A stretch of 61,018 bases of DNA, filler included, from 5 parts of 5 records of this genome joined end to end with filler, not necessarily neighbours in it, one strand, 5' to 3'; shown: positions 50,655 to 60,113, counted from the first letter of the whole stretch. Program-made: numbers and translations. The notes: generated by a model not told the origin, from the sequence alone.

Positions 50655-51725
50655 ATGAACAGCACAATCTATCTCAAACTGATTCAGTTATGCGGGCTGC
50701 TGATCTGCCTTATTCTCCCCTCTGCCTGTGAGTCACAAGGGACCGCTTCGACAGAAGAGCCGGTTGTGCAGTGGCGATTTGCGATTGAAGAAACGATCGG
50801 CAGCGTGCAGCATCAATACGCGATCAAGTTCAAAGAACTGATTGAAACGCGGTCTGAAGGCAAAATCGAAGTGACGATTTATCCCTACGGCACCCTGGGG
50901 ACTTCCGACCAGATCACCGAACTCGTCGATATGGAAGTCATCCAGTTTGCGATGGCTTCGCCGGGACACCTGGGGAAACTGATACCGGAGGTCCAGGTCT
51001 TTCTGCTTCACTTTCTGTTTTCCGATGACGACGAAATCAATAACAAGGTCCTCAACGAAGACCCTAAACTTCAGGAAACGTTCGATCAGCTTTACGCCCG
51101 CAAAGATCTGAAACTGCTTTCGATTTTCTCCGAAGGCTGGCAGGTCTGGACCACAAAGAAAGATATACAGACACCCGATGATTTCCAGGGAGTTAAAATG
51201 CGAGTCATGACAACACCTCTGTTACTGGCCGCGTATGAAGCCTATGGTGCGAGTCCGACTCCCCTGCCTTACTCCGAAGTTTACTCGGCGCTGCAGCTGA
51301 ATATGATCGACGGCCAGGAGAACCCGGTCTTCGCGATTCAGGAAATGAACTTTTATGAAGTCACCGACTGGATGATCTTTGCGCGACATGCTCCTTTCAT
51401 CACAACCGCAGTCACCAACCGTGAGTTTTTCAACTCCCTCTCTCCAGAAAGACAGAAACTGGTGCTGGGCGTTGTCTCAGATCTGAACGGCTACATTCTG
51501 GACGTACAGAAGCAGTTCAACCGGGAGCGACTGAATCTGATTCGTAAAAACAGACCCAAACTGAATATCGTCAACGAGCTCACGCCGGAAGCCCGCGCTG
51601 CGTTTCGTGAAGCGAGTCAACCTGTTCGCGAACAGTTCATCGAGATGACAGGCGAAGATGGTCGCAAACTGCTGGAAGAAATCAAAGCGACCATCAAAGA
51701 GTATGAACGACAACAGACTCCCTGA
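50655..51725 (+). CDS. TRAP transporter substrate-binding protein DctP (TeaA/ectoine-like)
   Basis: WRFAIEE, KMRVM and PYSEVYSALQL..IDGQENP motifs. Confidence 0.9.
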   Translation: MNSTIYLKLIQLCGLLICLILPSACESQGTASTEEPVVQWRFAIEETIGSVQHQYAIKFKELIETRSEGKIEVTIYPYGTLGTSDQITELVDMEVIQFAMASPGHLGKLIPEVQVFLLHFLFSDDDEINNKVLNEDPKLQETFDQLYARKDLKLLSIFSEGWQVWTTKKDIQTPDDFQGVKMRVMTTPLLLAAYEAYGASPTPLPYSEVYSALQLNMIDGQENPVFAIQEMNFYEVTDWMIFARHAPFITTAVTNREFFNSLSPERQKLVLGVVSDLNGYILDVQKQFNRERLNLIRKNRPKLNIVNELTPEARAAFREASQPVREQFIEMTGEDGRKLLEEIKATIKEYERQQTP

Positions 51726-51787
51726 TCGTCAACTGCTCTACAGTGAATCTTCTTTCTGCCATCCTGCGTTTTCCCTGCGAGATTGCT

Positions 51788-51814
51788 GAACCTTCCCGTT
51801 CACACCGCTGTCTA
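51788..51814 (+). promoter_or_regulatory. ECF-sigma-like promoter upstream of the structured RNA
   Basis: GAACC-N17-GTCTA. Confidence 0.4.
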
Positions 51815-51819
51815 TGCAG

Positions 51820-52445
51820 GAACGATTGTTCGTCGTTCGTCCAGCGGCGTGCAGATCACCGTGTCCGGTTTGATGCTGTACGTGCCGTGTCGGGGTTCTA
51901 ACCGGATGATGACAATTCCAGGATAGCTCAACTGGTAGAGCACCAGACTGATAATCTGGCTGTTACAGGTTCGATTCCTGTTCCAAGGAAGAGTTGGCCG
52001 GAGATCGGCTCTCTCTTGAACGCTGCAAGCGTTAACCCTAAGAAACCGGACGAAGACAGATGTCCGTTGGATCGGCCTGAAGTGATGGACTCCGCGTGGA
52101 TTGCCTGCAATCTGCATGGAGAAAGTGATTTCAGGCAGCACAAAACACCGCCTTGCAGTACGTGGATACCGCTGGCGTCCTTTCAACGTGGAAACATTGT
52201 GAAGCCATGTCCGATTCAGCTGGGATGCCTCCAGGTCCCCAGTCTGAGTCGAGCTAAGTGAAACAATGTGGATGCGCTGGAAGAAGCCTGCTGAAGCGTA
52301 CTCCGCGAAGTGCCTGTGTGATCGGCGAACACTCTGTCTTCGAAAGGTGTCTCTTCGAAACAGTTCGCGATATTGACGTCGCGTTTTATTTTTTGTCTCT
52401 GTTCAATTGTCAAAGCAGAGTTATCAGTCCAGGGACGTTCCCTGA
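51820..52445 (+). ncRNA. Large structured non-coding RNA/leader embedding a tRNA-like domain, upstream of slipin
   Basis: At least ten self-complementary segments, plus a long-range helix (51838-51847 with 52169-52177) enclosing the cloverleaf. Confidence 0.6.
51917..51990 (+). tRNA. tRNA-Ile(GAU)-like element with defective acceptor stem and no encoded CCA
   Basis: TCCAGGA-TA-GCTC AACTGGTA GAGC-A-CCAGA CT GAT AA TCTGG-CTGTT-ACAGG TTCGATT CCTGT-TCCAAGGA-A. D-, anticodon- and T-arms are canonical; the acceptor has a 1x2 A/AA internal loop. Confidence 0.8.
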
Positions 52446-52455
52446 GGAGGTCGTT

Positions 52456-53562
52456 ATGTTCGGTATCAAACGCTATGAAATTCACAGTTACGAAATGGGA
52501 CTGTTCTTCAAGAATGGTGAATTTCAGGGACTCCTCAAAACAGGTACGCACTGGTTTTTCAACCCTTTCGATGAGATTCAGGTCGACATCGTTTCGCTGC
52601 GTGCTCCGTTGCTGATTCACGAAAAGCTGGACCTGATTTTCAAATCGAAGTCACTGCAGGAACATGCGCTGGTGCTGGACCTGCAGGACCACGAACGGGG
52701 ACTGGTCTGGATCGACAATCGGTTCCAGCATATTCTGCCACCCGGTCAGTACGTGTTCTGGACAGAACTGAAAGACGTGCGCGTGGAGATTGTCGATGCG
52801 CGAAAAGTTCGCTTTGAGCACATCGATCTGAAAGTCATCGCGCGCTCTGTCGCAGCACAGCGTCTGCTGGATGTGTGCACGGTAGAACGTGACCATGTCG
52901 GCGTACTGTTTATCGACGGTCGTTTTGTGGACACGCTGGAACCAGGTCTATATGCTTTCTGGCTGGGTCAGTCCCAGGCTCTGATCGCGGAATACGACCT
53001 GCGGGAAACCATGGTCGACATCAGCGGTCAGGACATCATGACTGCGGATAAAGTGACGCTGCGGATTAACGCCGTGGTGACTTACAAAGTTGTTGATGCC
53101 CGGAAAGCAGCTTCACAGACAGACGATGTGCGGCAGGCACTGTACCGCGAAACGCAGCTGGTTCTGCGTGCCGTGTTGGGTGCCCGGGAACTGGATGTCT
53201 TCCTGACAGAAAAGGATGTGCTGGCACAGGACATCGAAGAAAATATTCGACGTCGTGCCGGTGAACTGGGTCTGGAAATCGCATCGGTGGGTATTCGTGA
53301 TGTCATCCTGCCGGGCGAGATGAAAGATCTGATGAACAAGGTCACCGAAGCGAAAAAAGCAGCGGAGGCCAACCTGATTGCCCGTCGCGAAGAAACAGCG
53401 GCGATCCGCAGTCAGGTGAATACCGCCAAGCTGCTGCAGGACAACCCGGTTCTGATGCGTCTGCGTGAGCTGGAAGTCCTGGAAAAAGTCGCTACGGAAA
53501 ACAAACTCAACATCATCCTGGGTGAGAAGGGTTTGACTGACCGCGTGGTAAACCTGCTTTAA
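52456..53562 (+). CDS. Slipin family (SPFH/band-7) protein
   Basis: ATG follows GAGGAGG. Has repeated N-terminal ERGL/PG-x-Y beta modules, SGQDIMTADKVTLRIN, RDVILPGEMK, RREETAA.RS..NTAK and NPVLMRLRELE. Confidence 0.9.
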   Translation: MFGIKRYEIHSYEMGLFFKNGEFQGLLKTGTHWFFNPFDEIQVDIVSLRAPLLIHEKLDLIFKSKSLQEHALVLDLQDHERGLVWIDNRFQHILPPGQYVFWTELKDVRVEIVDARKVRFEHIDLKVIARSVAAQRLLDVCTVERDHVGVLFIDGRFVDTLEPGLYAFWLGQSQALIAEYDLRETMVDISGQDIMTADKVTLRINAVVTYKVVDARKAASQTDDVRQALYRETQLVLRAVLGARELDVFLTEKDVLAQDIEENIRRRAGELGLEIASVGIRDVILPGEMKDLMNKVTEAKKAAEANLIARREETAAIRSQVNTAKLLQDNPVLMRLRELEVLEKVATENKLNIILGEKGLTDRVVNLL

Positions 53563-53586
53563 ACCAGGTTTGCACAATAAAAGAAA

Positions 53587-53621
53587 CCCCGGATCTGAGA
53601 AATCGGATCCGGGGCTTTTTT
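53587..53621 (+). terminator. Intrinsic terminator closing the ncRNA-slipin unit
   Basis: CCCCGGATCTGA-gaaa-TCGGATCCGGGG-cTTTTTT. Confidence 0.85.
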
Positions 53622-53721
53622 CATAATATACTGGAAAGTACTGAACCATTCCTGTAAAAAGGTCCTCACATCAGTATATGAAAAGCGGCTCGCTCTCCAT
53701 CACGTTCTTGAGGTTGATTTG

Positions 53722-54159
53722 ATGTCCATTGCGGTCCAGTGTGAGGAATGTTTTCAAAACTATAAAGTCAAAGAGGAACGGGCAGGCCAGACCCTGAAAT
53801 GCAAATCGTGTGGCAGTAAAATGCGAGTGCCTGCTGTGGAAGAGGAATTCGAAGATCTTTCCGCCGATTATGGCGAGCCGATCACTCCCCCGCGGAAGAA
53901 GAAGCCGACCGCGGCACCAGCCAAAAAAAAGAAAAAGAAGAAGTCGTCCGCTCAGTCTTTGAACATTTCTGCTGGCAAGCTCATTAAAAAAGCGTTCGGT
54001 GCATTTTCGATGGTCATTGGTGTCCTGATCCTGGTGTTAGGCATCTACAGTATTTTTGCAGGTCCAGGCCCTAACGGGGAAAAAGCCCGGCCCGTGTATG
54101 CGGCGCTTGTTGCATCCGGCTTCATCGGCGTCGGTAAAAAATGGATGTTTGATGATTAA
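53722..54159 (+). CDS. Zinc-ribbon membrane protein (planctomycete-type)
   Basis: CEEC...CKSC, Lys-rich linker, two TM segments. Confidence 0.75.
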   Translation: MSIAVQCEECFQNYKVKEERAGQTLKCKSCGSKMRVPAVEEEFEDLSADYGEPITPPRKKKPTAAPAKKKKKKKSSAQSLNISAGKLIKKAFGAFSMVIGVLILVLGIYSIFAGPGPNGEKARPVYAALVASGFIGVGKKWMFDD

Positions 54160-54168
54160 GCCAACTGG

Positions 54169-54657
54169 TCAATGATCCTCAGTATTCATTCCAAATTCTT
54201 CGACGCGACTGTTCACGAAGGCGGCCAGGTTCTCGGCATCATCGGTGCCGACTCTTAAGGTGCCGCGTTTCATCTGAATGGCCACGCAATCGCGGCCCCA
54301 GAGATTCCAGACCCAGCCGCCGCGCGGGCTCAGATGAATTCCCCAGCCTTCCATTAATGTAGTCCGGTCGACATCGGCGCGAAGAACCTCTTCATACAAG
54401 ACACTGCGTTGAAACAGAGGGAGGGGACCAAAAGATATCCGCAGGCGATCGATTTCATCAGCCACCGTCAGATGATGAAAGCCCGCTGCCAGAATCAACA
54501 TCACCAGACCTGTCAGAACGAAGATCAGACTCAGAGTTGACTGGGGTGGTATCGTCCGCACAAACCAGGCAATCACAAAAAACGCAACCGCCAGTCCGTA
54601 CAGAACCAGACAGAGCGGTCCCCGCTGCCGGTGATAATACAGAGAAAGGCTGGTCAT
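54169..54657 (-). CDS. Hypothetical membrane protein (bacterial PH-like C-terminal domain)
   Basis: Two TM segments; GWGIH...WVWNLWG...RVGTDD. Confidence 0.7.
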   Translation of the reverse strand: MTSLSLYYHRQRGPLCLVLYGLAVAFFVIAWFVRTIPPQSTLSLIFVLTGLVMLILAAGFHHLTVADEIDRLRISFGPLPLFQRSVLYEEVLRADVDRTTLMEGWGIHLSPRGGWVWNLWGRDCVAIQMKRGTLRVGTDDAENLAAFVNSRVEEFGMNTEDH

Positions 54658-54911
54658 GTCGGGTTCTCAATCTCGTGAAATAACTGAACGACCTCATTAT
54701 ATTCATTTCCACTGAATTTCGATATCCCCCACAACATGATCGGAATCACCAGCGTCAGTAAGGGAATCGCCCAATGCCCGCGGACCGTGCCTCCCGCAGC
54801 CTCGGCTGTGGAGATGGACCAGAGATAAATGGCGATACCAATCGGGATTCCTGCCAGAGTGGCTATCCAGGAAAACCAGACCGCACGCTTTTCACTCTGC
54901 CGGATTTTCTC
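54654..54911 (-). CDS. Hypothetical membrane protein, C-terminal fragment
   Basis: Open frame EKIRQSEKRAVWFSW...HEIENPT*; its stop overlaps the next ATG (ATGA). Confidence 0.55.
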   Translation of the reverse strand, partial: EKIRQSEKRAVWFSWIATLAGIPIGIAIYLWSISTAEAAGGTVRGHWAIPLLTLVIPIMLWGISKFSGNEYNEVVQLFHEIENPT

Positions 54912-54912
54912 A

Positions 54913-55012
54913 NNNNNNNNNNNNNNNNNNNNNNNNNNNNNNNNNNNNNNNNNNNNTTAATTAATTAANNNNNNNNNNNNNNNNNNNNNNNNNNNNNNNN
55001 NNNNNNNNNNNN
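54913..55012. other. Artificial contig spacer
   Basis: 44 N + TTAATTAATTAA + 44 N. Confidence 0.99.
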
Positions 55013-55013
55013 C

Positions 55014-55088
55014 CCGGAATTCGCCAAGAAATTCCTGAACTTTGTCATTCAGGAAGTCATCCAGCACCACAAGCAACACAAATCCTGA
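55014..55088 (+). CDS. Chorismate mutase C-terminal fragment
   Basis: [19 protein letters not shown]; usual position upstream of rpsP in Rhodobacterales. Confidence 0.65.
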   Translation, partial: PEFAKKFLNFVIQEVIQHHKQHKS

Positions 55089-55128
55089 CGGGCCTCCCGT
55101 CGACCAAGCCATCCAAAGGAGAATACCA

Positions 55129-55503
55129 ATGGCAGTAAAAATTCGTCTCGCCCGTGGCGGCTCGAAAAAGCGCCCCTTTTACCGTATCGTAGCAGCGGAC
55201 AGCCGCATGCCGCGCGACGGTCGCTTTATCGAAAAGCTGGGCACCTATAATCCGCTTCTCGCCAAAGACAGCGAAGACCGCGTCAAGATGGACATCGAGC
55301 GTATCCAGTACTGGCTGAGCCAGGGCGCCCAAGTGACCGACCGCGTGTCGCGTTTCCTTGAAGCTGCCGAAATCATTGAGAAAAAAGAGCGCAGCAACCT
55401 CAAGAAGGGCACCCCGGGCAAAAAAGCTCAGGACCGCGCCGAGGAGAAAGCCGCCAAAGCCGCTGCAGCAGCCGAAGCCGCTGCAGAGCCCGCCGCGGAC
55501 TAA
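55129..55503 (+). CDS. rpsP: 30S ribosomal protein S16
   Basis: [48 protein letters not shown]. Confidence 0.97.
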   Translation: MAVKIRLARGGSKKRPFYRIVAADSRMPRDGRFIEKLGTYNPLLAKDSEDRVKMDIERIQYWLSQGAQVTDRVSRFLEAAEIIEKKERSNLKKGTPGKKAQDRAEEKAAKAAAAAEAAAEPAAD

Positions 55504-55647
55504 TCGGGGCGTGCATGTGTTCTGGCACAGGCACCCCTTGGTTCAGGGGTCTTTCTACTGGAAAGACCCCGCCCCGTTCCGGTGGACGGGTTGGTGGGCG
55601 GGCGATGTGCGACAGCACGAGTCCCGTCCCGCCAACCCGACGGCATC

Positions 55648-55791
55648 ATGTTCCGCCTGATCCGCCTTATCATTCTTCTAACCGTGGCGTTCGTCGCGGG
55701 ATTTCTGTATTCCGAGACAACGTGGCATGACCGCTGCGAAACCCGGGGAGGCGAGGCACGCGGTGGCGTCTGTTTCGACATATCACAATGA
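55648..55791 (+). CDS. Small membrane protein coupled to rimM
   Basis: [15 protein letters not shown]...C...GG...C; stop overlaps the rimM ATG. Confidence 0.6.
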   Translation: MFRLIRLIILLTVAFVAGFLYSETTWHDRCETRGGEARGGVCFDISQ

Positions 55792-56312
55792 CTGAGACGA
55801 TCTGCGTTGGCGCAATTGCGGGCGCTTTCGGTGTTCACGGCGAAGTGCGGCTCAAGAGCTTTACCGCCGATCCCTATGCGATCAGCGACTATGACCCCCT
55901 GACCACCGAAGACGGCTCTCGCACCTTCGAGGTTCAGATCCTGCGCGAGATCAAAAACGGGTTTGCCGCCGAAGTGTCTGGCGTCACCACCAAGGAACAG
56001 GCCGACGCCCTGCGCGGCGTCCGTCTTTTTGCTCCGCGCGACCGGCTGCCCAACCTTCCCGATGATGAATATTATCATGCCGATCTGATCGGACTTTCGG
56101 TCTTTGATACCGGCGGCGCACCGCTGGGCAAGGTGCACGCAGTCCACAATCACGGCGCGACGGATCTGCTGGAGCTTCAGGTGCCGGGTGTGTCCCGCAC
56201 CGTCCTTCTGCCCTTTACCATGGCTGCCGTCCCCACAGTCGATCTGACGGCAGGACGCATCGTCGCCGATCCGCCCGAGGGCCTGTTCGACGAGGCACAG
56301 GCGTCCGACTGA
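55788..56312 (+). CDS. rimM: Ribosome maturation factor RimM
   Basis: [25 protein letters not shown] and LLPFT motifs. Confidence 0.96.
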   Translation: MTETICVGAIAGAFGVHGEVRLKSFTADPYAISDYDPLTTEDGSRTFEVQILREIKNGFAAEVSGVTTKEQADALRGVRLFAPRDRLPNLPDDEYYHADLIGLSVFDTGGAPLGKVHAVHNHGATDLLELQVPGVSRTVLLPFTMAAVPTVDLTAGRIVADPPEGLFDEAQASD

Positions 56313-56567
56313 CCCCATGGTTGTGTCTACCCAAGGGGGCAACACCACTGGGCGTTGCCGCGAATCTGTCAGATCTTGGCCCTTAGAAAGATAACGCCCC
56401 CGGACACCCTCCGCACTTGATCGCCCCAGGGAAACAGACGCCGCATTTCCGGCCTTCTGTCCCCAAATGCACAACCAGCCCAAGCGATTTAGCGCTTCCC
56501 AGACCACGTTGCGGCCATATTTTCTGTCTAATTTTAGCCGCAATCAAATTGGTTTGAAGAGGTTTCC

Positions 56568-57653
56568 ATGGACGTTCCGGTTTATCGCCTGCTCCTTGCG
56601 GGAGCGGCGCTTTGCCCCGCAGCCCTTTTGGCGGCAGCGCCGGTATCGTCGGCCTTCCTTCCCTTCGGCATCGTCATCGGAAGTGCGGGCGGCCTGCTTG
56701 CTCTGCTGTCGTCATTTCGCCCCGGGAAACCGCGCCGCCGTGGCCCCGCGCTCTTGCGCCGCGCCGCCTTGCGCCGCGCCGGATCGGATTTGCCCACGCT
56801 GCACGACCAAAGGCTGGCCATCGCCAAAGCGCTAGAGGCAGCGGTCGATCTACGGGCCGAACCTGATGCCCCGCCAACTCGGGAAACCGCCATCGCCCGC
56901 ATCCTGACGCGCATTCTGGATAGCTGGAACGCCTCCGACATCGCGGCGCTGCCGCGCGACCTCACACTTACCCTGACACTGTTGAAACAATGCCTGAAAG
57001 CCCCCCCTGGCGAAGCGGGCCGTATCGCACAACTGTTTCAGCGTCCCGACGTCGTGCTTGGCCTGCGCCAGGAAATCGACATGATCGCGAAGGCACGCGC
57101 GTCCTATGACCAGTCCCTCGCGGCCTATCAGGCAACGCGCGAGTTGCAGGCCACCGCCCCTGCCCCCGGCACCCTGACCCAAGCCCTGCGCGCGATGAAC
57201 GCACCTGACATTGACCTGTGGCACCGCATCGTGACAGAGCATGACCCGACGGATCTCGCCCAAAGGGAGGCCGCCCTTTGGTGCGCGACACAGCCGGCGT
57301 GTGATCACGCAAGTGTCGCGGTCTACCTCGCGCGCCTTGCCGATGGTGCGCAGCTACAGAACGCGTACATCGACGCGGACAGCGCGTTTCTCGAACAGGT
57401 GCGTGGCATCATTGCCAATTGCAACGTCGGCATCTACCGACACCGCGGTTTGGTCTATGTGCCCCCTGCGGACGCAGTTATTCGGTTGAAGGCCGAACTG
57501 GACGCGCTGGCCAGCCTCAGCGACAGCCCCCGCTGGCCGGACCCCCAGTGCGTCTTTACGGTGTTGGAGGGGCGCAAACCGCATCCGCGTCCGGCATGGG
57601 ATCTGTCCAGCGGCCGTCTTGTTGCCGCCCCCAACCGTTCGGATTATCTCTGA
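56568..57653 (+). CDS. Hypothetical membrane-anchored protein
   Basis: 361-aa ORF with GAGG RBS, N-terminal TM segments and GC-rich codon usage. Confidence 0.65.
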   Translation: MDVPVYRLLLAGAALCPAALLAAAPVSSAFLPFGIVIGSAGGLLALLSSFRPGKPRRRGPALLRRAALRRAGSDLPTLHDQRLAIAKALEAAVDLRAEPDAPPTRETAIARILTRILDSWNASDIAALPRDLTLTLTLLKQCLKAPPGEAGRIAQLFQRPDVVLGLRQEIDMIAKARASYDQSLAAYQATRELQATAPAPGTLTQALRAMNAPDIDLWHRIVTEHDPTDLAQREAALWCATQPACDHASVAVYLARLADGAQLQNAYIDADSAFLEQVRGIIANCNVGIYRHRGLVYVPPADAVIRLKAELDALASLSDSPRWPDPQCVFTVLEGRKPHPRPAWDLSSGRLVAAPNRSDYL

Positions 57654-57717
57654 CGGCGTTGCGCTTGCCCCGTGCCCATGCCTCGCGGTAACAGGACATG
57701 GAACAGCAGGACACCTC

Positions 57718-58521
57718 ATGTCAGACAAGACACCTCCCAGCCGGTCGCATGGCCGCAAGACCATCCGCCCCACACTGCAGCCGCGCGACCTGATGGAACA
57801 GGACCCGGAACTGGCGCGCGCCTTTCGCGCACAGATCATCACGCTTTTCCCAGAGGCGTTTCCCGGCACACTGGGCCTGTCGCTGACCGGCAAGGCGCTG
57901 AAGGAAGGCAAGTGGCAACTCAACACCGTGCCGCTGCGCACCTTCGGTGAGGGCAAGCATCGGAACGTCGACGACACACCCGCCGGAGGCGGCGCGGGCA
58001 TGGTGCTGCGCCCCGACGTCATGGCCGCCGCGATCGCAACCGCCCGCGCCAGCCAGCATGCCGGTGCACCGCTGATCTACCTCTCACCACGCGGTCGCCC
58101 TTTTACGCAAGGAATGGCCCGCGATCTGGCCACCCGCCCCGGTGTCACGATGATCTGCGGCCGATTCGAAGGGTTGGACCAGCGCGTGATCGACCAATTC
58201 GACATCGCAGAGGTGTCGATCGGCGATTATGTCCTGACCGGCGGCGAATTGGCGGCGCAAGTGATGCTGGACGCGGTTGTCCGGCTCTTGCCCGGTGTTC
58301 TTGGCAACGCAGACTCTACCGAAGAAGAGAGCTTTTCCGACGGCCTGCTGGAGCATCCGCAATACACCCGTCCCGCCGAATGGCAGGGCCGTCCGATCCC
58401 GCCGGTCCTGCTATCCGGCAACCACGGCGCTGTCGCCGATTGGCGACGCGCGCAAAGCGAAGCGCTGACCAAGGCCCGCCGCCCTGATCTCTGGCAGGCA
58501 TACAAGGACCGCAAAGCCTGA
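57718..58521 (+). CDS. trmD: tRNA (guanine37-N1)-methyltransferase
   Basis: [35 protein letters not shown] and LLSGNH motifs. Confidence 0.97.
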   Translation: MSDKTPPSRSHGRKTIRPTLQPRDLMEQDPELARAFRAQIITLFPEAFPGTLGLSLTGKALKEGKWQLNTVPLRTFGEGKHRNVDDTPAGGGAGMVLRPDVMAAAIATARASQHAGAPLIYLSPRGRPFTQGMARDLATRPGVTMICGRFEGLDQRVIDQFDIAEVSIGDYVLTGGELAAQVMLDAVVRLLPGVLGNADSTEEESFSDGLLEHPQYTRPAEWQGRPIPPVLLSGNHGAVADWRRAQSEALTKARRPDLWQAYKDRKA

Positions 58522-58551
58522 CCGCCCTTTCTCAACCAAAGGTTTTCAACA

Positions 58552-59976
58552 ATGCCCATTCTCCGGAAACTTCTCTGCGCGCTGACCCTCTTTTTGCCGG
58601 TTGCCGCCGCAGCGATGGACGCCGAAAAACGCCCTGATCTTGTGCCGCGCCTGATGCAATTACAGTCGATCTATTCAGCCAACTGGGGACCGGGCAGGGT
58701 AAATGAGGGCATTCGTGATGCGACGGTCTTTCACCTGTCGGGTCGGATCAATCCGGGTGACACCGACCGCATTCGCGAGACGCTGCAGTCCACATGGGGC
58801 AAGCTGATCGTGATCGACAGCCCCGGCGGCAGTTTTGTCGAGGGCATCGCCCTCGGGCAGTATCTCAAGGGCATTCTGGAAAGCCAGGATCCCGACATCT
58901 ACGGCATCTTTGTCCTGCGTGACGCGCCGTGCCTGTCCGCCTGTGCGCTGGCCGTGGCGCTGGCCACCTCGACCCGCGACATCGCCTATGGCGATGACGC
59001 GCGGTTTGTCGAACACGGCGCGCAGTTGGGGTTTCACATGGGCCTTTTGCCAGAGGCACAAGCCACGCAGGCCGTCGAGGCCCGACAAATGATGAACGTC
59101 ACCTATGATATCGTGCAGGCCTATACCTCTTTGATCATGGGCGGCGTCGCGCCGCCGATCCTGTTGTCCGAGGCACTGGAACATCGTGAGGCGAACAGCT
59201 TTTTCTATCTGCGTGGCGGCATCCGCACCCATGCCATGCGCCTGACCCCGGTCGGCCCGCCGATCCTGTCGCGCCCAATCCACAAGTCGGCGCTGATGAT
59301 GGACACGGTTGCCGGGCTGTGCCGCACGGCCTTTGTCGCCGCGCCGGATATCCGGCGGTCCTTTGTCGACTATGAATTCGGCTACATCGATGGCAGTAAC
59401 CCGGACCCGATCACAACCAGCCTTGAGGACATGACCAACCGTCTGGGCAGTCGCCGCATCGCGGCCAGCTTGAACGGGGCCGCACATTGCGTAGTGGAAC
59501 TGTTCGATGATGGCACCATCGGGTTAGACATGCGCCCAGGATCGCCGCCCTGTCAGGCCGATGGGCGGCAGTTCTGCGCCTTGCCGGTGGACAGGTTCCG
59601 GCCCCGCGCCGCGCCGGTGGCGCTGCTGGCCGATACCTTTGGCTGCCACTCCGGCAGCCTGACGAAGCAGGGACAGTTCTGGTCCGGCGATCTGAACGGG
59701 GCATCCGATTACGTCAACGAAAACGACCTGACGCAGACCGCCGTCCGGGAGGTCAACATGCGTGCGCAACCCTCGTTGGAGGCCGCTGTCTCCGGTCGGC
59801 TTCGCGCCGAGCAGACCGTCGAGGTCAGCGACTGCCGCATCGTTGACGACGTTCAGGGCGTCTGGATGCAGGTGCGCGCGGACGGTCAAACGGGCTGGGT
59901 CAGTGCACGATTCCTGTCTCCTTACTGGTGGTCCGACCTGCGCCCGCTGATCGACGGCCCCACCCCCGGACGCTAG
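58552..59976 (+). CDS. Exported protein with ClpP/crotonase-like N-terminal domain and C-terminal SH3b domain
   Basis: Signal peptide; IDSPGGS, CLSAC and LGFH motifs; C-terminal VNMRAQPS...W..V...GWVSARFL. Confidence 0.7.
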   Translation: MPILRKLLCALTLFLPVAAAAMDAEKRPDLVPRLMQLQSIYSANWGPGRVNEGIRDATVFHLSGRINPGDTDRIRETLQSTWGKLIVIDSPGGSFVEGIALGQYLKGILESQDPDIYGIFVLRDAPCLSACALAVALATSTRDIAYGDDARFVEHGAQLGFHMGLLPEAQATQAVEARQMMNVTYDIVQAYTSLIMGGVAPPILLSEALEHREANSFFYLRGGIRTHAMRLTPVGPPILSRPIHKSALMMDTVAGLCRTAFVAAPDIRRSFVDYEFGYIDGSNPDPITTSLEDMTNRLGSRRIAASLNGAAHCVVELFDDGTIGLDMRPGSPPCQADGRQFCALPVDRFRPRAAPVALLADTFGCHSGSLTKQGQFWSGDLNGASDYVNENDLTQTAVREVNMRAQPSLEAAVSGRLRAEQTVEVSDCRIVDDVQGVWMQVRADGQTGWVSARFLSPYWWSDLRPLIDGPTPGR

Positions 59977-60003
59977 GCCCGGACGCTAGGCCCGGACGCT
60001 AGG
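59965..60003 (+). repeat. Three perfect tandem 13-bp repeats over a stop codon
   Basis: (CCCGGACGCTAGG)x3. Confidence 0.95.
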
Positions 60004-60113
60004 CAAGAAGGTCGTCGTGGCCCGCTTGTGTCCGTTGGAACGCCCTGCATCGCGCTTTACAGGGGGGCAGAGCCCGTGCAACGCTTGTGCTCTTCATACG
60101 GAGCACACGCGCC

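Noticed and set aside
51812-52261. Short ORFs (51812..52186 -, 51928..52143 -, 52016..52261 +) over the ncRNA region
   Set aside because: They have no recognisable motifs or RBS and overlap a tRNA-like cloverleaf; they are probably spurious.
52335-52365. TCTTCGAAA repeated twice, considered as a mini-CRISPR or iteron
   Set aside because: Only two short copies with no spacers or cas genes; better explained as the two arms of one hairpin.
52258-52455. 66-aa N-terminal extension of the slipin ORF in the track
   Set aside because: A strong GAGGAGG RBS precedes ATG 52456, where the family-like sequence begins. The extension overlaps the structured RNA.
20904-55012. Four identical TTAATTAATTAA motifs flanked by N runs
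   Set aside because: These are artificial all-frame-stop contig linkers, not biological repeats. No synteny should be inferred across them, and ORFs running into them (20952..22937, 54774..54968) have false ends.
55500-59487. Antisense ORFs 55500..56543, 57354..58022 and 58675..59487
   Set aside because: They lie opposite rimM, trmD and the SH3 gene and are high-GC shadow frames.
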